Part shown: positions 46,399-56,187 of the stretch, in pieces
How the letters are laid out: every line of letters starts with the position of its first letter
How positions within the stretch are numbered: position 1 is the stretch's first letter
From: a virus
Lineage: Duplodnaviria > Caudoviricetes
Length of the DNA: 64,000 nucleotides
IMG/VR virus record: IMGVR_UViG_3300025640_001000
Direction: 5' to 3' (one strand)
Program-made: the position numbers and the translations under genes
Notes under the pieces: generated by a model
What the model saw: the letters and a program-made list of their open reading frames with translations, nothing else
The model's database searches: none
Told to the model about the DNA's origin: nothing

Positions 46399-48234
46399 AT
46401 GGCCAGTTTATCAAAAAAATCATTTATATGGATTTCATCCACATTACCTAATCCAGTTTTAACTGAGTTGAGAAACTTGTCTGACTTGATAAGTTCAATT
46501 TCGATATATCAATCTGAGAAATCTTCAAACTATCTCAAAAAGGGTAGCAAGGCAAGTTATAGTGCTACGAAGCAATTTCAAAACGGAGTAGCTTACAACC
46601 AAACTTCAACTGGTTCAATGGGAGTAAATCATGTTATTCAAACTGCGATGGACTTTGACGCAGGTAGAATTATACCCACATTTAGTGAGGGATTTGAAAT
46701 AACTGGATTAACAGGACATTATTCCAACGGAAATGGACCATATAAAATGTCTACTAATTTTAAAAACGACAATGTCGTTTATTTTAACGAAAATAAGTGG
46801 GCAATATGGTATGATTCAGATAAAAATGAATGGGTTCTTACAAATGAACTAATAAAGCACAAGTCACGAACTGAGTATGAATTTATATTAAGAAACGGCA
46901 ACACAGAACCTGATGCCGGCACTTACACCTCGGCCGATGGTACACAAAATGGATACACACCAAGTTCAGTTGGTTCACAAGTTAAAGTGATCATGCCATC
47001 ATTTAGTGAGTCAAGTTCTGTAATTAAAGTTGCAGCCGGTGGAACACACACGCTATTTCTTGATAAATCAAATAATGTGTGGGCTGTGGGGTTGTCTAAC
47101 TATGGCCAAGCAGTCCCAACTGAAATATCTTCACTTCCAAAACGAATTTCAAAACATGATGCGATTGACATAGCAGTTGGTCCTGGTGTATCATTTATTA
47201 CAAAACAAGATGGTTCTGTGTGGACTGTGGGTCAAAACACGAAGGGTACTGGTTTACTAGATAAAAATACACTTCGTAGGCATTCGACTCGGACCATAGG
47301 AACTCTTTTATACAAAGAAAACTTCGGAACTATTCCAAGTTTAACCAAAGCATCAAACGGGGGGCAAGATGATATAATACTTCAGATTAAAGCAAGTGAG
47401 GCAAATTCGTATGTTTTGAAATATGAAAAAATCGATGGTGTATCACGAAAAAACTTATATTCATACGGAAGTAATGAATTCGGACAACTGGGTACTGGAG
47501 ATGCATATTTTGGACTGAACAAAACTCCTGTGTTCGCACAAAACCAATTGGTAACATCAGATTCGGCACGAAATGAAATTCAATTTGACACAGGACGAAA
47601 TTTTTTAATGTGGATTCGTCAAGGTAGATTGTATGGCATTGGCAATTCAAGTTATGGCAATCTTGGGAGACTTCGGACCTCCAATTATGGAAATTCGGTA
47701 GCACAACCAAATCCGTGGGGAAATCTCAAAGCAGTTAAGGTATGTTGTGGCCAGGATTTTTCTGTTGTACTACTAGACGATGGATCTGTTTGGGCAAGTG
47801 GTAATCGTGAAATGAATCGTTTTCCTTCGGCAATAGGTGGAAGCAAAGATACACGTGCTGGAAGTTATTACGTACATGAACAATTTTATAGAATTCTCGC
47901 GGGTGGAGCTCAAGATATAGAGACTGGTCAATTTCATACAATTGTGTTGATGGAAGATGGACGATTGATGAGTTCAGGAGACAACCGATTTGGCCAACTT
48001 GGCCATCCTGGAGCAGTGCAAAATAAACGATCAGTTACTGCTAAATTTCAAAGTATATTGGTTGATGGTAAACCGGTGGTATCTGGTGTGACATATATAC
48101 ACGCAGGTGACTTAAGTACATTTTTCATTATGGACGATTCGTTGTATGCAGTTGGACTCAATAATTACGGACAACTTGGTGATGGTTCCCGAAACAATCT
48201 GACTTCTGCATCAAAAATTTATCCAACTGGATAA
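46399..48234 (+). CDS. RCC1-repeat beta-propeller protein (putative virion protein)
   Basis: VAAGGTHTLFL, GxNxxGQLG repeats. Confidence 0.85.
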   Translation: MASLSKKSFIWISSTLPNPVLTELRNLSDLISSISIYQSEKSSNYLKKGSKASYSATKQFQNGVAYNQTSTGSMGVNHVIQTAMDFDAGRIIPTFSEGFEITGLTGHYSNGNGPYKMSTNFKNDNVVYFNENKWAIWYDSDKNEWVLTNELIKHKSRTEYEFILRNGNTEPDAGTYTSADGTQNGYTPSSVGSQVKVIMPSFSESSSVIKVAAGGTHTLFLDKSNNVWAVGLSNYGQAVPTEISSLPKRISKHDAIDIAVGPGVSFITKQDGSVWTVGQNTKGTGLLDKNTLRRHSTRTIGTLLYKENFGTIPSLTKASNGGQDDIILQIKASEANSYVLKYEKIDGVSRKNLYSYGSNEFGQLGTGDAYFGLNKTPVFAQNQLVTSDSARNEIQFDTGRNFLMWIRQGRLYGIGNSSYGNLGRLRTSNYGNSVAQPNPWGNLKAVKVCCGQDFSVVLLDDGSVWASGNREMNRFPSAIGGSKDTRAGSYYVHEQFYRILAGGAQDIETGQFHTIVLMEDGRLMSSGDNRFGQLGHPGAVQNKRSVTAKFQSILVDGKPVVSGVTYIHAGDLSTFFIMDDSLYAVGLNNYGQLGDGSRNNLTSASKIYPTG

Positions 48235-48238
48235 AATT

Positions 48239-51200
48239 ATGGCCATTGTTAAAAAACGAACCTCTCATGTATGGATCACCTCAGTAGATGGATGTGAAAA
48301 TAAACCTATTGATGATTATTCTGAATATGTTAATTCACTTCTTGCGGTAAATGGTGATAAACAAGAATATATCAGTAAATCACCACACAACATTACCGAA
48401 TTTAATTGTGGTTCTACATATACTTTATTTTCCGACAAAGTAAATTATTATGTTCCCAACTTGGTTGAATCAAATATTGATAAAGATGAAGGTAGAATAA
48501 GTCCTCATATTTTTGAACGATTTGTAATGTATGGTTTAGATGAATATTACCTTGATGCCAACGGAATTTATATTTTAACATCCACATTCAAAAACAGAAA
48601 ACCCACATACACTAATCGTGAGGGAACATGGAAAATATTTTGGGAAACCGACACAAAGTGGAATTTAGTGCCAACTGCATTCAATTCAGTTGAACCTCCA
48701 TTTCTTGATAAACCTTTATTGAATGATCACAATGAACCAACAAGTGGTTTTTATACAGGTCAAAATCAAAAAGGATATACTTCTCATTCTATTAAATCAT
48801 TTGAAATAACTGATTTGATTGATTACTATGTTACTGCAAATGGAAACTACAATGTTACGTTTTTCTTTAAAAATGATCGTCAAACATATCGTCACGAAAC
48901 TAATCGTTGGTGGATTTGGTGGGATTCAAATAAAAACAGATGGGAACTCACTTACTCAGAAAACGATTCATACGAACGACCATATACAGATAGATTGTTC
49001 AATTTAGATGATGATGTAATTGGAGGTTTGTGGGAAAGTTTAGATGGAGTGCAAAAAGGATTGGGTCCCAATTCTCCTGCGTTACCTCCCACACCAACAC
49101 CAACTGCCACTCCGACACCAACTGCTACACCAACTCCGACACCAACTCCGACACCAACTCCGACTGAAGTTATAAATGAAATTGTGGATGTAGCTTCAGG
49201 TGATGATTTTACTTTGATTTTAAAAACCACCGGAAAAGTGGAAGTAACTGGTAACAACGAACATGGTTCGTTGGCAACCGGAGATAGACTTACAAAAGAT
49301 TACAAACGAGAATCAAAAATTTCTGATGTAAAAGCAATTGCGGCGGGAAAACGACATTCTTTATTTTTGAAAAATGATGGTTCTTTGTATGTGTGTGGTG
49401 ACAATTCATATGGTCAATTGGGAAATACTGATGTAACAAGTTCGGTGTCAGACCCAATGTTGGTGGAATCTGCTGACGTGATAAGTATCTCATGTACTGC
49501 GTTTGGTTCTTTGTTCGTTAAAAATAATGGAAAAGTTTATGCGTTCGGATACAATAAAAACGGAACACTTGGAACAGGATCGTTTGATAATATAACAACT
49601 CCTATTGAAATCAACAACAAACATACTTTGACAAATGTCACGATGGGATATGATCCAAAAACCGTGACAAATACAAACGGAAATCAAATGATTCGGGATG
49701 AAGTTTCTAGAAGCTTCAAATCAGTAAACAATAATTGTATAAATTATACAGAAGAACGAGGTTTGGTTTTCGATTTCAATGAAAGAAACGATTTCTTTGA
49801 TATGGGAAATGTTCACAATGAAATATTCAAAACAGGAACATTTTCATTTTCATTTTGGTGCAATCTACGTTCTCATCAATCAACCGAACACAATACACGT
49901 GGTGGAATGTTAATTTCAAAGTGGTATTCAAGTGATGCGTTGTGGTTGAGAAATTCATTTATAATTTATGCTTCAGGAACATTTGTATCTGCACATGAAA
50001 ACTCAGTAACACATATACTTGATGAATCTGGAAACTCTGCTAGTTTACCTCTTAATACTTGGTTGCATATGGCATATGTACTTGAAGACGGAAAACTTAA
50101 CATTTATATAAACGGAGAACAACAACACATTTCCAACAAAAATCACATACATAGATTTTCTGATCAAGCAACCTCCCGATTAGCTTTGGGTATTTTGCAC
50201 CACAACAAAAGCTATGCACTCAATGGAATGATGGATGATTTCAGAATGTTTGATAAAACTTTATCTGATGGTGACATTATGTCGTTGTACAAAAACGATG
50301 CTTATTTTGGTGACGATGTAGAATTAACTGAGTTTCCTGAAATGAAAGAAGTAACATCAGGTTACTCTCATTCATTTTTAATATCAAAGCACAACGAACT
50401 TTATGGTTTTGGTCAAAACGACCACGGACAACTTGGTGATTCAACTCTTGAAAACTCATTTGCTCCAAAAAAAGTGTATGAAGGTAGAATTAAAAAAGTT
50501 TCTGCTGGATCTGCTCATAGTATCGCATTAACTGAAGATGACCGATTATTAATGGCAGGTAGAAACGATGTAGGGCAAATTGGAGCAGGAGCTGCACCTG
50601 GATACAGAAAGTTCACATACATTCAAAAACCAGAGATTGTCAACTTTGCAGCCGGTGCTGGTCATAGTTTGATTTTAAACTATAAAGGCAATCTGATGGT
50701 CACCGGTAAAAATACTGATGGTCAACTTGGAACAGGAAACTTTAGAAATCAAAATACATTTTTAGCAAACAATATTCAAAAGGTTATCAATGTATTTGCT
50801 GGTGCGAAAAATAGTTACTTGTTGTTGTCTAATGGTAAGTTACTTGGAATGGGTGACAATGATTTATATCAGTTAGCAGATGGAACAACATCTGACAGAA
50901 CAGATCCAGTTGAAGTTGGAAACGAAGCAATTCCTCCGGAGACTCCTACTCCTACTCCTACTCCTACTCCAACCTACAATGAGTTTGATACAGATATGGA
51001 GTGTGATGTAACCTTTGATTATTGGTTGCAAAATGCACCAACAAAACAAGGAATGTCAGATTTTGCAAAATATCAAAAAACATTCACATTGAATCCATTC
51101 TCTGTTCAAAGAGTAATGCAATTCGAATTTGCATCTACTCACATAAACGAAGGTAGGCATCTTGAAATAAAAGACTTGGAGTTATCGTCAGAAAAAACTG

Positions 51201-54200
51201 CTCCATTTTTAGTTGAAATTTTGAATCAAGAAATAATTCCACCACCCGAATTACCAGATTATCAATCATATGTTATTACTGATAAATCATACGACTTGGT
51301 TGCATTGAAAAACGAAAATATCGATTTGCAATCATCAATTGCAAATGATTACAAACCAGTCGGACTAACTTCAACCATTTTAACAATAGAAGATTTAATT
51401 GAAAATCCCAATCTAATAACCGAACTTGGAGGTCCTCAGGCACTTGACAACATCGGTATTGGGGTAAGAGAACCATTGAAACTTTTCGGAGGAAGTACAA
51501 GCACCAATTTATATTATGAAAGTTCTATAATTCGTCCATTTTATTTGCAGTTGGGAAGAAAGGGATTGTTGCACACTTACAACAATGCTCATGTATTTGC
51601 TCCACACGGATTGTTTATTAAATCGTGGAGAGGTTCACGTAAGTATGCGATTAGAACAAATAGTTTAAATGATAACATAGATACCAGTTACAAATTAAAT
51701 GTAACAATAAACGTTCCACCATTAACTAGTGCGTGTGTGCTACTAGCAGAAAATTCGGAGGGTACACCCAAAATTTCTCAAAAACTATTTTCATTGGACA
51801 CCAATGCAATAAATGATAAATTCGGTGAATCAGTTGCAATGACAAAAACTGATGCGATTGTTGGTTCTCATTATGATAGTGACACAACTTCACAGGCCGG
51901 TTCGGTTTACTTTATGCAACTTAAAACCCAAAATGAAATTGATAGTTGGGTGTTGCAACAAAAAATACCCAATCCAGATAGACACACAGGAGATCATTTT
52001 GGAATTAGTGTGGCAATTTCTGATTATGTTGCAGTCGTGGGTGCAAATAATGCAAATGGTGTAAACCGAAACACAGGTGCAGTTTATGTATTCTATAAAA
52101 GTGTTGAAAACTATTGGCAGTTTGCTCAGAAACTTGAAGCACCTGATGGTGAAACGGGTGATAACTTTGGTATGTCAGTTACAATAGATGCAACAGATGA
52201 TGTTCAGAGAATTGTAGTGGGTGCATATACCCACGGAGAAACTGATTCGGGTGGAGCATATGTGTTTGAAACAAATCCAATTAGAAACACCGAAGCAATA
52301 AATTTAAAACCTGTGTACACATTCACACAGAAACTAGTTCCCAATTCACCTGATACAAACAATAACTACTTTGGTCGGTCACTTTCGTTGTTTAAGCATC
52401 AACTTGTAGTTGGAGCATGGGGAGATTCTAATGAAGCACACAAATCAGGTTGTGTTTACTTTTACAATTTGATGCCGAAAAATGCTCCTGCCCCGAGATT
52501 ATCAGAAGATATTGAATTGGTAGATGGTCCGTCTGCATTAAGTAGCAACTCACCATTTGGATTTAAACTTATTGGTAAGTCATTTCATCCAACTGATATG
52601 GCAGATGCGTATTTCGGATTTTCTGTTGCAATTCATTCAACGATTGCTCTGGTGGGTTGTCACGGAGATTCCACCAAAGGTGAAAAGGCAGGTTCGGTAT
52701 TTGTATTTAGAAAATCAGAAGGAACTTGGAAGCATTACACAACATTGTACCCTGATAACAAAGTAAATTCAAACCACGAATATGGATATCAAGTTGCGGT
52801 TCATTACAATCGTTTTATAGTATCTGCATTCAGAGATGATGTAGAAAAGCAAGATGCAGGAAGTTGTTATCTTTATGCATTTGATGGAGAAGACTGTAGA
52901 AAACTAAAAAGAATTGTTTCATTGGATTCAAGTGCAGGTGATATGCTTGGAAGTGGTGTAACAATTCACAAAGATTATGCGATGGTCGGTGCAAGTGGTG
53001 AAGATTTCAAAAATGCGAAAGATTCGGGATGTGTGTATACCATTGACATTCCAGATAACATTACATTTGTGGATCACGAACCCACCCCAACTCCCACACC
53101 AACCCCAACACCAACCCCAACACCAAGTCCATCAATTGCATCTGACGAATGTGAAGTAACTTTGTATTACGATGTGCATTTAAAAGACGGAGAAGAATCT
53201 TCAATTTTAAATAAAGAATATCATCTCAAAAAGGTGTTTAAAAAATCGGATAAATCACAAACAATAACTGAGAAACTTATTGTGTTGACTGATCCAATGT
53301 TGATAAATGGTGATCCTAAACTCAATTTTATTAAAACATTCAAAGCATTGCCAGGTGAGCATACTAAACTCGATGTAATGCGTGATGGAGTTGATATTCA
53401 TTTTTACAATAAAGTAATTGATGACGGAGATTGCCAAAAGAAACTTGAGGATTGCCACATAATTTACAGTTATGTACTTCCACCAATTCATTATGAATGT
53501 AGTTTTGGTGAAATTCCACCTACTCCCACTCCCACACCAACTCCCACACCTGAACCTATATTAGATTATGAGGTTACTGAATATGGATTAACTGCAAACA
53601 ATTATGATCTGCTTGCAATCGGTCAAAAATTATTTAGACACACAATTGCTCAAGATTACGAAGAATTTAATATGATTCCGACTTTAATTTATATCGAAGA
53701 TTTAATTGAAAATCCAAGATTGATTACAGAAATCGGAGTAACGAATTTAAACAACGCAGGTATAGTGTGTAGAGTACCGGGTAAGTTATCTGCAACGTTG
53801 GGTGGTTCAACAAACGAATACTATTACGACTCGGGTACAAAATATAGACCTTACTATTTACAAATTGGTAAAGCTGGATATTTACACACATACGGTGGAA
53901 CTCATGTATTTGCTCGTCATGACATTTATATAAAGTCATGGCCACACAACTATAGATACTTGGTAAAAACCGTAGGAAAATCAATTGAAGAGGTTAAACC
54001 TTTAAGTGTTCAGTATACATCTACTTCTAGAGAAATGTATGAACCATCTGGATTTAGAAATCACAAACCATTTTGGACAGGTAGTGTTACGATTCCGAGT
54101 AGTTTGGGTGGAAGTGGTCGTCCAGTTGATTCATATATTTGGTATGAAAATAATCATTGGAACTGGAACACACAATTTTCAGGAAACGAAAAACTGCATT

Positions 54201-55600
54201 GTCGTGGCAACTCTGAAGGTGGTGATGGACCATGGGAAGTTTCTCCGTTCGTTCATGCTCCTGAACCAAAGGGTTGGAAAAATGACGGAATCAGTGTAAT
54301 TGTAGAAACAGACGCACCCAAAGGAGTAAATTTAATTGACGAGTCACTTCGTGCATCTTGGCACGTATCATCAGGAACATTACCAAATACCGCGGAGGTA
54401 AACGGAAGTCCTGTTGGATTCGTTGAATATACAGGTGACATTAATTTTGATAAACCAACTCATGTTAAAAATATAAAAGTATCTGCTTCTTCGCAACAAG
54501 ATACTTGGATACGTGGAATTGAACTTCAGCAAAATAAAACTCCATCCGAAAATGTTGCACCTTATTACTACATAGATAGTAAAATCTCATCTGAACATCT
54601 TCCTGCGTTTACTTTATCGTTTTTCTATAATGTTCAAGATTACAACGAAGTTGATATTGCAGATATGACAAGTCCAATGTCAGGTGCACAAGGAGTATTT
54701 TGTTTTAACTATAAACCATCTGAGTTTGTTAGAATGTTTACATTAAAAAACAAACAATTTTCACCAAGTGTTCCAACTAAATATTTTGATAATATAGTTC
54801 CTACCACGGGTACTAGTTTATACATTGATGGAGGACCTTTTAAAACTCCTCAACTATTGGCCGCAGATTTACAACGAAATAAAACATATAGTGTAACAAT
54901 TCGGTATGCTGAACCAGATGAACAAGCAACTCAAGAAGATAATCCATCAAGATACATTAGAACTGAAACTGGTTATGATTTTGGAACTGATCCAGGATCA
55001 GTAGAAACTCAGGTAGTAAATGAACACACAGATTCCGAGGAATCTGCCGAAGTTATGACATTAGAGTATTTGTTGGAAAACATACATTTGATAGATGAAT
55101 ACGGAGTAGATTTCTTTGACAATGTTTTTATCAAAGTAACAAATACAGGAAAACTATCAGGTTACAATTCATCTTATACAAAATATGCAACTGGCAACCG
55201 CACATGGTATCTTCAAAAAGGAACGAACGGAGCTCGTTGGGCATACGATAATAGACATCCATTTAAACGATTTAATTTGTATTTAAAATCATGGCCAGGA
55301 TCAAGAAGATGTATAGTGATCAAAAAACAAATCAAAACAAGAGATTTAAGTAAAGGTCAGTTTGATGTGACACTAGTTGACACAAGTACAACTTCTAAAA
55401 CAAAAATCGTAAAGTCGGTGGAAAATCACAATTTCATATTTGATTGGACTAAAATTAATAAACTTAGTTTCGGTGGTGGAGCAAATTCTGCATTTGGAGG
55501 ATTTAGAATGTATGATAGAATATTATCAGACCAAGAAGCAGAAAAAATTTATGATTTGAGTAATCCAAGATTCAATCAACTTGGTAATACATATCCCTAG
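48239..55600 (+). CDS. Giant multidomain surface protein (RCC1, LamG, FG-GAP propeller, PT linkers, novel repeats), 2453 aa
   Basis: RCC1 repeats; LamG (FSFSFW, WLHMAYV, GMMDDFRMF); FG-GAP (DxFGxSVAI...GAVYVF); four PT tracts. Confidence 0.85.
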   Translation: MAIVKKRTSHVWITSVDGCENKPIDDYSEYVNSLLAVNGDKQEYISKSPHNITEFNCGSTYTLFSDKVNYYVPNLVESNIDKDEGRISPHIFERFVMYGLDEYYLDANGIYILTSTFKNRKPTYTNREGTWKIFWETDTKWNLVPTAFNSVEPPFLDKPLLNDHNEPTSGFYTGQNQKGYTSHSIKSFEITDLIDYYVTANGNYNVTFFFKNDRQTYRHETNRWWIWWDSNKNRWELTYSENDSYERPYTDRLFNLDDDVIGGLWESLDGVQKGLGPNSPALPPTPTPTATPTPTATPTPTPTPTPTPTEVINEIVDVASGDDFTLILKTTGKVEVTGNNEHGSLATGDRLTKDYKRESKISDVKAIAAGKRHSLFLKNDGSLYVCGDNSYGQLGNTDVTSSVSDPMLVESADVISISCTAFGSLFVKNNGKVYAFGYNKNGTLGTGSFDNITTPIEINNKHTLTNVTMGYDPKTVTNTNGNQMIRDEVSRSFKSVNNNCINYTEERGLVFDFNERNDFFDMGNVHNEIFKTGTFSFSFWCNLRSHQSTEHNTRGGMLISKWYSSDALWLRNSFIIYASGTFVSAHENSVTHILDESGNSASLPLNTWLHMAYVLEDGKLNIYINGEQQHISNKNHIHRFSDQATSRLALGILHHNKSYALNGMMDDFRMFDKTLSDGDIMSLYKNDAYFGDDVELTEFPEMKEVTSGYSHSFLISKHNELYGFGQNDHGQLGDSTLENSFAPKKVYEGRIKKVSAGSAHSIALTEDDRLLMAGRNDVGQIGAGAAPGYRKFTYIQKPEIVNFAAGAGHSLILNYKGNLMVTGKNTDGQLGTGNFRNQNTFLANNIQKVINVFAGAKNSYLLLSNGKLLGMGDNDLYQLADGTTSDRTDPVEVGNEAIPPETPTPTPTPTPTYNEFDTDMECDVTFDYWLQNAPTKQGMSDFAKYQKTFTLNPFSVQRVMQFEFASTHINEGRHLEIKDLELSSEKTAPFLVEILNQEIIPPPELPDYQSYVITDKSYDLVALKNENIDLQSSIANDYKPVGLTSTILTIEDLIENPNLITELGGPQALDNIGIGVREPLKLFGGSTSTNLYYESSIIRPFYLQLGRKGLLHTYNNAHVFAPHGLFIKSWRGSRKYAIRTNSLNDNIDTSYKLNVTINVPPLTSACVLLAENSEGTPKISQKLFSLDTNAINDKFGESVAMTKTDAIVGSHYDSDTTSQAGSVYFMQLKTQNEIDSWVLQQKIPNPDRHTGDHFGISVAISDYVAVVGANNANGVNRNTGAVYVFYKSVENYWQFAQKLEAPDGETGDNFGMSVTIDATDDVQRIVVGAYTHGETDSGGAYVFETNPIRNTEAINLKPVYTFTQKLVPNSPDTNNNYFGRSLSLFKHQLVVGAWGDSNEAHKSGCVYFYNLMPKNAPAPRLSEDIELVDGPSALSSNSPFGFKLIGKSFHPTDMADAYFGFSVAIHSTIALVGCHGDSTKGEKAGSVFVFRKSEGTWKHYTTLYPDNKVNSNHEYGYQVAVHYNRFIVSAFRDDVEKQDAGSCYLYAFDGEDCRKLKRIVSLDSSAGDMLGSGVTIHKDYAMVGASGEDFKNAKDSGCVYTIDIPDNITFVDHEPTPTPTPTPTPTPTPSPSIASDECEVTLYYDVHLKDGEESSILNKEYHLKKVFKKSDKSQTITEKLIVLTDPMLINGDPKLNFIKTFKALPGEHTKLDVMRDGVDIHFYNKVIDDGDCQKKLEDCHIIYSYVLPPIHYECSFGEIPPTPTPTPTPTPEPILDYEVTEYGLTANNYDLLAIGQKLFRHTIAQDYEEFNMIPTLIYIEDLIENPRLITEIGVTNLNNAGIVCRVPGKLSATLGGSTNEYYYDSGTKYRPYYLQIGKAGYLHTYGGTHVFARHDIYIKSWPHNYRYLVKTVGKSIEEVKPLSVQYTSTSREMYEPSGFRNHKPFWTGSVTIPSSLGGSGRPVDSYIWYENNHWNWNTQFSGNEKLHCRGNSEGGDGPWEVSPFVHAPEPKGWKNDGISVIVETDAPKGVNLIDESLRASWHVSSGTLPNTAEVNGSPVGFVEYTGDINFDKPTHVKNIKVSASSQQDTWIRGIELQQNKTPSENVAPYYYIDSKISSEHLPAFTLSFFYNVQDYNEVDIADMTSPMSGAQGVFCFNYKPSEFVRMFTLKNKQFSPSVPTKYFDNIVPTTGTSLYIDGGPFKTPQLLAADLQRNKTYSVTIRYAEPDEQATQEDNPSRYIRTETGYDFGTDPGSVETQVVNEHTDSEESAEVMTLEYLLENIHLIDEYGVDFFDNVFIKVTNTGKLSGYNSSYTKYATGNRTWYLQKGTNGARWAYDNRHPFKRFNLYLKSWPGSRRCIVIKKQIKTRDLSKGQFDVTLVDTSTTSKTKIVKSVENHNFIFDWTKINKLSFGGGANSAFGGFRMYDRILSDQEAEKIYDLSNPRFNQLGNTYP

Positions 55601-55672
55601 AATTTTTTATCGTTTTTTCTTATTTTCATAGTTTTTGTTGTTTTTACTCAGTATATACATATATATAATAAT

Positions 55673-56140
55673 ATGAAGATACATCGTCCACTTTTAGAAA
55701 GTGAGATAAAAGTTGCCCAAGATGCCAGTCACTCAGCAGCGGAAGCAGCCAGAAAACTCAATGTAAGTTACAACACATATAAAAAATATGCTAAACTTTA
55801 TGGCATCATGGAAAGATGTAAATGTTTAGATGCTTCAGGTTTACCAAAAGTTCATAATCCATATCGTGGAAAATATCCATTAGAACAAATTTTAATGGGA
55901 ATGCATCCAGATTATCCACCACACCGTTTGCGAAAAAAATTATTCGCATCTAATCTTAAACAGCAAGTGTGTGAAGTGTGTGGGTATAACGAACCAAGAG
56001 TAACTGACGGAAAACTTCCATTGGTGCTTGCATTCAAAGATGGAGATCGAAGCAACCATCTATTAGAAAACCTAGAAATTATTTGTTACAATTGTTATCA
56101 TAACACTCACGGAAATTTGTTTGGAATAACCATCAAATAA
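55673..56140 (+). CDS. HTH plus degenerate HNH/zinc-finger protein
   Basis: AAEAARKLNVSYNTYKKY; CEVC...FKDGDRSNHLLENL..ICYNC. Confidence 0.65.
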   Translation: MKIHRPLLESEIKVAQDASHSAAEAARKLNVSYNTYKKYAKLYGIMERCKCLDASGLPKVHNPYRGKYPLEQILMGMHPDYPPHRLRKKLFASNLKQQVCEVCGYNEPRVTDGKLPLVLAFKDGDRSNHLLENLEIICYNCYHNTHGNLFGITIK

Positions 56141-56187
56141 CACAATTGTTTTATTATATTAAGTAGATTGGGTTCTATTTATATAAT

